Below, piece after piece: positions 58,031-64,000 of a stretch of 64,000 nucleotides of DNA. The stretch is from contig MCFH01000071.1 of the NCBI GenBank assembly GCA_002104945.1, forward strand, positions 1-64,000. Reading direction: 5' to 3'. The position numbers and the translations under genes are program-made. Source of the DNA: Piromyces finnis finn. Its lineage: Eukaryota > Fungi > Neocallimastigomycota. The notes beneath the pieces are model-generated. The model was not told the origin of the DNA. It did no database searches and was given only the letters and a program-made list of their open reading frames with translations. The first letter of the stretch is position 1; every line of letters starts with the position of its first letter.

Positions 58031-58331
58031 TTATTTCTAGTATTCATTACAATTTGTTTACTTTTAAAGTGTAATTTACTAACGAAGTTATTAAACATTT
58101 AATTTAACAATTAATTTAACAAAAGTTATATATTTTGATCTCGATTAATTAAAGTTTATTATTTTTTTTCAATAATCAAAACATATGCAGTGTTTAGGAT
58201 TAATTTTATTTAAGAATTTTGGTAAAGTACTTAATTAAACTATAACTTGTTTTAAGTTACTTTTAGGGTTAACTTAAAAATCAGGTATAATAATAATTTT
58301 ATATTTATTAATTTCATTATTTATCAATTGT

Positions 58332-59946
58332 TGATAACGGATTGGTAGTTATATTACAACTTTTTAACTACTTCTTCTGTTATTTGAAGATATTAACTGG
58401 ATTTAAAACAAATTCAGATAATATCTATAATTAATTAAACATAATAATTAGAATTAAATAATCCCAATAATTATTTTAAAACACCTTTAAAAGTCACCTT
58501 TTAAATTCTGATTCAGTGAAAGGGTTATGATTTCAAAAAATTTAATATCAATACACTATAACCCTTAACCAAAAATAAACAAACACGAAACAAGGTGTAA
58601 CTCGCCAAAAACGATCGCTACGGCTGTAAGTGCTACGGTTGTGAAACCAGGTTTATTAGAAAGCTTAAGGAAAAAGCTACATTTTGGTACAATCGCGGTC
58701 CTTCTAACTGGTCATTTAAGGAAGATATGATCATTTGAAGATTTTAATAAGTAAATTAAAATTAATATGATATCAAGTATGGATCATAGACATTTCTTAT
58801 GACTTGACGAAAATTAAAAAGATATCAATAGAAATTCTAATTTAATTAATGATAGTGACTGTTAATAAAAATAGAACTAAACCATTTAGGTGTAACAGTT
58901 AACATTTATAAATTAAATAATTTTAATTATCATAAAATAGGTTAATGGATCAAGTGTTTAAATGATTAATCATATGTTTATTTTATTTTATGTCATGACA
59001 AAACAAACAAACAAGCAAACAAACAATCTTATTATATTATTAACATATTACATGTAATACTTTATTTTTATCAATTTAATAATCTGAACAAAGAATATAA
59101 AATAGAATGAATTGAATTTGATTTTAATTCTTTGTAAAAATTATAGTTATAATCTTAATTATATAGTTATTAAATATATTATCATTTATATTATTATTAA
59201 TAAATAAATAAAATTTTATAAAAAAAGTTATTCTAAAGAATAAATATTAATTTTTCATTTGGAAGTTTAAAGGGTTATTTTATATTTAAATTTAATTTCT
59301 TAAAAACATATTTACTATATAATTGATAACATTCTGACCTGGCCGCATAACCAAATCCAAAAACTTAACATGTTATCTTATATTGTTTTATCTCGACAGC
59401 TATTGTACGAGCTTTAACAATATCTACTAGTTTTATTAATTTATTTTTAAGTTATTTTATAATTTTAATAGTTTTATTATTTTAATAATATTTATATAGA
59501 ATAATAACACCAGATTTATTCTATAAAATATTATTTATTATTAACACAATAATTACAAATTAGACAAGTTTAATTTCGTTTTTATATTTTCTTTTATTTA
59601 TTGTTCTTACGCTCTTTTTAACAATAATTTTTATTATATAAAAACTTATTTTTGTCTTTTAAATATTATTATGTATTCACTAATTAATTATATTAACTAT
59701 TATTAAAATTTAACTTATTATTAGTAATCTAAGTCTTCTCATTTTCTACTAAAAAATATTATTATTCTTTATAATAAAAATTATTTTTATAATTTAACCC
59801 AATCAAATATATAAATTTATAAAATATTTGATTTTATGTAAATTATATTTTTATAATAAACTATATAAAATTATTTAATAATTATTTTATAATAAAATTT
59901 TCTACTAATATCAAATGTATAATATATTTATAATTATTATTTATCA
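58332..59946 (-). mobile_element. 3' LTR of gypsy element J (about 620 bp net), interrupted by E2
   Basis: TGATAA...TTATCA termini. A purine tract AGGGGAGGAAA lies just before it on the minus strand, downstream of the pol stop codon. Confidence 0.65.
58383..59370. mobile_element. Solo LTR family E, copy 2
   Basis: Homologous to 55184-56323, TSD TGTTA, start TG changed to TT. Confidence 0.88.
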
Positions 59947-60266
59947 AGATTTCCTCCCCTAAGATACGACTTAGTGGTAGCTGATAAAAGTATTCATAAA
60001 TAATAATAAATATATAAGTTTTTGATTTTTTGTACTAAATATTTAAAAATTTAAATTAAATTTTTTTTTTTTATATATATATGATAAAATAATATAAAAT
60101 AAAGTTTATAAAAAAAATGATGAAAAATTTGAAAATTTTTATTAATAAAATTTTTTTTTTCAAAAAAAGTAAAAAAAATAAAATAGATGAGATAAAATTC
60201 GTCTTCAGTATATTAATATGTGTTTTTCTTGAAATTTATATAATAATCGCCATTTTTTATATGATT

Positions 60267-63200
60267 TTATAGAGAGGACAAATAGGGCTTCACATTTTTA
60301 ATATGGACATTACGTTCTAATATCTTATGCGTGTCCAGTGTTTCTAGAACTAAAGTGTTGAATTTTGATACTTTCTTCACTTTAAATGGTCCTAAAAAGA
60401 ATGGATCTAATTTTTTTCTACCTATATATCTTACCAACACTAGATCATCTGGCTTGTACCGGTGTTGCATAGACTTTGCTGTTTCATTTCTTTGAAGCCA
60501 ATAGTCGTGAGCTTGCTTGATATTTTCAGTAGCTTCTTGTACCCAATTCTGGTGTCTGACAAAACGTCTGAAATTGTATTCTTCGTCAGACTCATCCTTT
60601 TCTTTTGGAATATCTGGTAGCAATACGCTAAGAGGCCATAAGTCTTTTCTTCCATATAAGAGTTCGAAACTACTAAACCCTGTAACTTTCGAACGAGACG
60701 TACGCAGAGCCCATAAAGTTGCCGGAAGTATTTCGTCCCAATTTTCTTGATTTTTACATAAATGTCGAAGTATTTTTATTATTTCTCTATTTCTGTTTTC
60801 AACTTGTCCATTAGCTTCAGGGTGATGTGGTGCAACGAATTGAACCCAGGAACCATATAAGTCTATCATTGTTTTTGTTATATCCGAAGTGAACTGACTT
60901 CCATTATCAGTGACAATTATTTCTGGGACACCATGTCTTGCAAAGACGTCTTTTAAGAAATAAATAACGTCTTGACTTTCGATTCTCTTTAAGGGAGCGG
61001 CTTCAACCCATTTAGTAGTATAGTCTACTAAAACAATGATATATAAATTACCTCTATCTGTTAATGGTAGTGGTCCAACTATATCCAAACCAACTCTAAC
61101 GAAGGGTCTTTCAACAGGACTTGAAATATTAGACAGGTTTTTAGGAATGGGTTTTGGACGGTAGCATTGACATTCTAAACATGTTTTAACGACTTTATTT
61201 ACGTCGTTCCACATTCCTGGCCAATAATATATTTCTTTTAATCTGGAAAGTGTTTTTTCAACACCTTCATGGCCGACAAGATGAGCCTTACGAATCAAGG
61301 AGAATTTTAAAGAGTCATCTTCAATAACTTTTAAATAGTTTCCAGATTTAGAGCGGTAAACAAGAGTACCATTTAAAAATGAATAGTTCTTCTTAACATA
61401 TTCAATAATTTTGGGAGGGGCAAAGGTGGAAATATTATCTTCTTTGTCTTCTAAGATAGAATGAATAGAATTAATATTTAAATTTTGCGAAGAGGGCATA
61501 CGGGACAAAGCATCAGCAAAAACATTATTTTTACCTTTTTCATAAATGATGTCGACTCTAAATTCATTAAACTTGGTTATCCATCTAATATGTCTATCAT
61601 TAGAAGGAATACTTGAAGTAAAGAAACCTACAAGTGGCTTATGGTCAGTGTATACTTTTACAACAAGAGGAGAAGCTGCAATATAGGAGCGAAATTTATT
61701 CAAAGCGAATAAAATAGCAATACCTTCTTTTTCAGTAACAGAATAACGCGTTTCAGCGTCTTTAAGACATCTACTAACACAATAAATAGGAAACTCAATA
61801 TCTAAAGAGTCAGAAGGCTGTAGAAGAACAGCGCCAACGGCATAAGAAGAAGCGTCAGTACGAATAATGAATTGTTTATTAGGGTCGGGATATTTTAAAA
61901 TACTGGAGGAGCAAATAAAAGAACGAAGTGTATGAAAGGCATCAGAATGGATATCTAACCAAATAAAACTAGCTTTAGGACTTGTAAGTTTATATAAACA
62001 ACTTGAAATAGCAAAGTTAGGAATAAATTTTCTATAGTAGCTAACTAAGCCAAGGAAGGACCTAAGTTGAGTGACGTTTTTAGGAGTGTTCCAAGAAGCT
62101 ATAGCAAGAACTTTAGAAGGCATAGGTTTAATACCATCTGCAGTAAGTACGTGACCAAGAACTTCAACGGAGTTTTTCCAAAAAGAACACTTATCAATAT
62201 TAATAGAGAATTTATGCTCTCTTAGGATAATAAAAAGTTTTTCAAGGTCCTTTAAATGTTGTTTAAAGTTAGGAGAATAAACTAAAATATCATCCATGTA
62301 AACAAATAGACAAGTACCGATAAGAGGCATAAGAATACGGTTCATTTCACGTTGGAAGGATGCGGGTGCATTAGTTAACCCGAATGGCATAACCTTAAAG
62401 TTAAAATTACCAAACTTAGTAGTGAATGCTGTCTTTTCGATATCTTTGCTATTCATTGGAATTTGATGAAAACCAGAAAAAAGGTCAATAGCAGAGAAAT
62501 ATTTTGCGCCATGAACAGATTCTAGTAGTTCATCAATAAATGGTAGAGCATACGCGTCTTTAATAGTAATTTGATTTAATTTTCTATAATCGACACACAT
62601 ACGCCATTTACCATTTTTCTTTTTCACCATAACAACAGGGAATGACCATGGTGAATGGAAAGGTTCAATGAGACCGTGTTTCAATAGTTTCGAAATCTCT
62701 TCTTTTAATGCTTGGGATTGAGCAAGAGATATCTTATAAGGTCTCAGTTTAATGGGTTTGGTGGATGTTAATTCAATAGAATGAGGTTCAGCATCAGCAA
62801 CTGAAACATCATCAATGGAATCGATTAAAACATCCCTATAATTTTTTATTAAAGAATGAAGTTGAATTTGTTCATCCTTTGAGATAATATTATCAATATC
62901 AGAAATATCTTTTAAGGAATTAATATTATTCATAATAGTAATATGATATAATTTATTTCCTTGCGATATGGAATCTGATGGTTGAGCAACCATAATAGAG
63001 GATCCATCAGTTTTCATATATAAAGCGTCGTCATCAGGATCTATATATAGCCTATGATCCTTTTGTGACTGGCGCCCAAGTATGATATCATAGCAGGAAT
63101 CTTCGTCTTCTAGGATCCAGAAGGTAGTACTTATTTTAAGCTTATCAAAACGAAGAACGAGACTTACTGCTTGATTAGTGGAGATGACTTGTTGGCTAGC

Positions 63201-64000
63201 TAGCTTGAAGAATGTTCTTTTAAAGTATTTAATTTTATGTTTCTTTGATATAATATCAAAGAAGGACTTAGTAATCACGTTGACATCAGAGCCTGTATCC
63301 ACTAACACTCTTACAATATTGTTGTCAAAAGAACCTATAACAGAAGCGATATTGACTTTATTAATGACGTTAATCTCATTACTAACATCAATGTTGTCAA
63401 CACTATTGTTAACATTATTGTTATTATCATCACCATCGACATCACCTTCGTTGATAATATTAATAAATGAACTAATATCATCATCATCAAGATCCAAATT
63501 TTGAATGGCGTTTATTTTTCTAACGTCATTAGGATCAAGTTTTAAGCCTTTCGCACAAAGTCTTCTAATGATAGGGCTAACAGCAAAGAGTTGTGCAAAG
63601 GTAATACCAGCGTTGGTATTATTGAGAGCATCATATACATCATACTCCTTATTTTTGCCAAGCATAATAATAGAACGTAAGAAGTCGTAATAGTTTCCTT
63701 TCAGCGACTTCTTACTTCCAATAACTTCTTCCTCTATATCATCTTGATTACTAGAGATATCCGGACCAGTTCTCTTTTTGTTTCTGGCTTCTTTATTTTT
63801 CTTCTTGGCAGAAGAGATATTCTTTCCTGCAATTACCGAGGGGTCTAGGATGTCCAGGCGGGAAGTAGTGGTATGAAAATTTGAATTTTTCTCGTTTTGA
63901 ATTTCTTGCTGTTCTTTCATCTGAGTGGCCTTTGTGTGTATTGGCAAGGGGTTTTCTCGAAGTTTCTTTTTCTTCGACTGAGTCACGTGATCCTCATCTT
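60267..64000 (-). CDS. pol: Ty3/gypsy element J polyprotein (PR-RT-RH-IN, no chromodomain), 5' part outside window
   Basis: LVDTGSD, YMDDILVY, TDASSYAVG, HLVGH...CLEC, GLDIVGP, TDNG, GPFKV. The frame stays open to the window edge. Confidence 0.93.
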   Translation of the reverse strand, partial: DEDHVTQSKKKKLRENPLPIHTKATQMKEQQEIQNEKNSNFHTTTSRLDILDPSVIAGKNISSAKKKNKEARNKKRTGPDISSNQDDIEEEVIGSKKSLKGNYYDFLRSIIMLGKNKEYDVYDALNNTNAGITFAQLFAVSPIIRRLCAKGLKLDPNDVRKINAIQNLDLDDDDISSFINIINEGDVDGDDNNNNVNNSVDNIDVSNEINVINKVNIASVIGSFDNNIVRVLVDTGSDVNVITKSFFDIISKKHKIKYFKRTFFKLASQQVISTNQAVSLVLRFDKLKISTTFWILEDEDSCYDIILGRQSQKDHRLYIDPDDDALYMKTDGSSIMVAQPSDSISQGNKLYHITIMNNINSLKDISDIDNIISKDEQIQLHSLIKNYRDVLIDSIDDVSVADAEPHSIELTSTKPIKLRPYKISLAQSQALKEEISKLLKHGLIEPFHSPWSFPVVMVKKKNGKWRMCVDYRKLNQITIKDAYALPFIDELLESVHGAKYFSAIDLFSGFHQIPMNSKDIEKTAFTTKFGNFNFKVMPFGLTNAPASFQREMNRILMPLIGTCLFVYMDDILVYSPNFKQHLKDLEKLFIILREHKFSINIDKCSFWKNSVEVLGHVLTADGIKPMPSKVLAIASWNTPKNVTQLRSFLGLVSYYRKFIPNFAISSCLYKLTSPKASFIWLDIHSDAFHTLRSFICSSSILKYPDPNKQFIIRTDASSYAVGAVLLQPSDSLDIEFPIYCVSRCLKDAETRYSVTEKEGIAILFALNKFRSYIAASPLVVKVYTDHKPLVGFFTSSIPSNDRHIRWITKFNEFRVDIIYEKGKNNVFADALSRMPSSQNLNINSIHSILEDKEDNISTFAPPKIIEYVKKNYSFLNGTLVYRSKSGNYLKVIEDDSLKFSLIRKAHLVGHEGVEKTLSRLKEIYYWPGMWNDVNKVVKTCLECQCYRPKPIPKNLSNISSPVERPFVRVGLDIVGPLPLTDRGNLYIIVLVDYTTKWVEAAPLKRIESQDVIYFLKDVFARHGVPEIIVTDNGSQFTSDITKTMIDLYGSWVQFVAPHHPEANGQVENRNREIIKILRHLCKNQENWDEILPATLWALRTSRSKVTGFSSFELLYGRKDLWPLSVLLPDIPKEKDESDEEYNFRRFVRHQNWVQEATENIKQAHDYWLQRNETAKSMQHRYKPDDLVLVRYIGRKKLDPFFLGPFKVKKVSKFNTLVLETLDTHKILERNVHIKNVKPYLSSL

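Larger units (their letters stand above)
55134..58326. mobile_element. Probable LTR-like element R (about 1.2 kb net), interrupted by F
   Basis: TGATA...TATCA termini, candidate 4-bp TSD ATTG (55130-55133 / 58327-58330). Confidence 0.5.

Noticed and set aside
9517-63690. Short ORFs overlapping gag-pol in other frames or strands
   Set aside because: Shadow ORFs of long polyproteins. They recur only because the host elements are near-identical, and they show no independent motifs.
1-64000. Host protein-coding genes, rRNA or DNA transposons
   Set aside because: No long ORF other than retroelement polyproteins, no rRNA-like GC-rich block, and no transposase or long terminal inverted repeats were seen. 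Small spliced genes in AT-rich gaps cannot be fully excluded by eye.

Overview
Extremely AT-rich eukaryotic DNA. An anaerobic gut fungus (Neocallimastigomycota) is my guess from composition only. I found no host protein-coding gene. The window holds four tRNA genes in two convergent pairs: Val(+) with iMet(-) at 0.7-1.7 kb, and Ser(+) with Cys(-) at 54.9-55.1 kb. Almost everything upstream of them is stacked LTR retrotransposons and solo LTRs. These include a Ty1/copia element split by four nested Ty3/gypsy chromovirus-type insertions, a second intact gypsy element, a third gypsy pol running off the right edge, and about 20 solo or partial LTRs. Family letters A-R are my own labels. Main result: once later insertions are removed using their target-site duplications (TSDs), each LTR family sits at a characteristic distance upstream of a tRNA 5' end. 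The classes are about -12 to -17, -28 to -30 and -65 to -68. Serial insertion at these sites appears to have pushed older elements outward, building a 53-kb pile between tRNA-iMet and tRNA-Ser. Other observations: a probable UUG-initiated Gag behind a poly(A) leader, Tf1-type 11-nt self-priming in three families, a copia PBS matching the tRNA-Lys(CUU) anticodon arm, an element with U5 at both ends, and LTR hairpins with compensatory substitutions. All coordinates were counted by hand.
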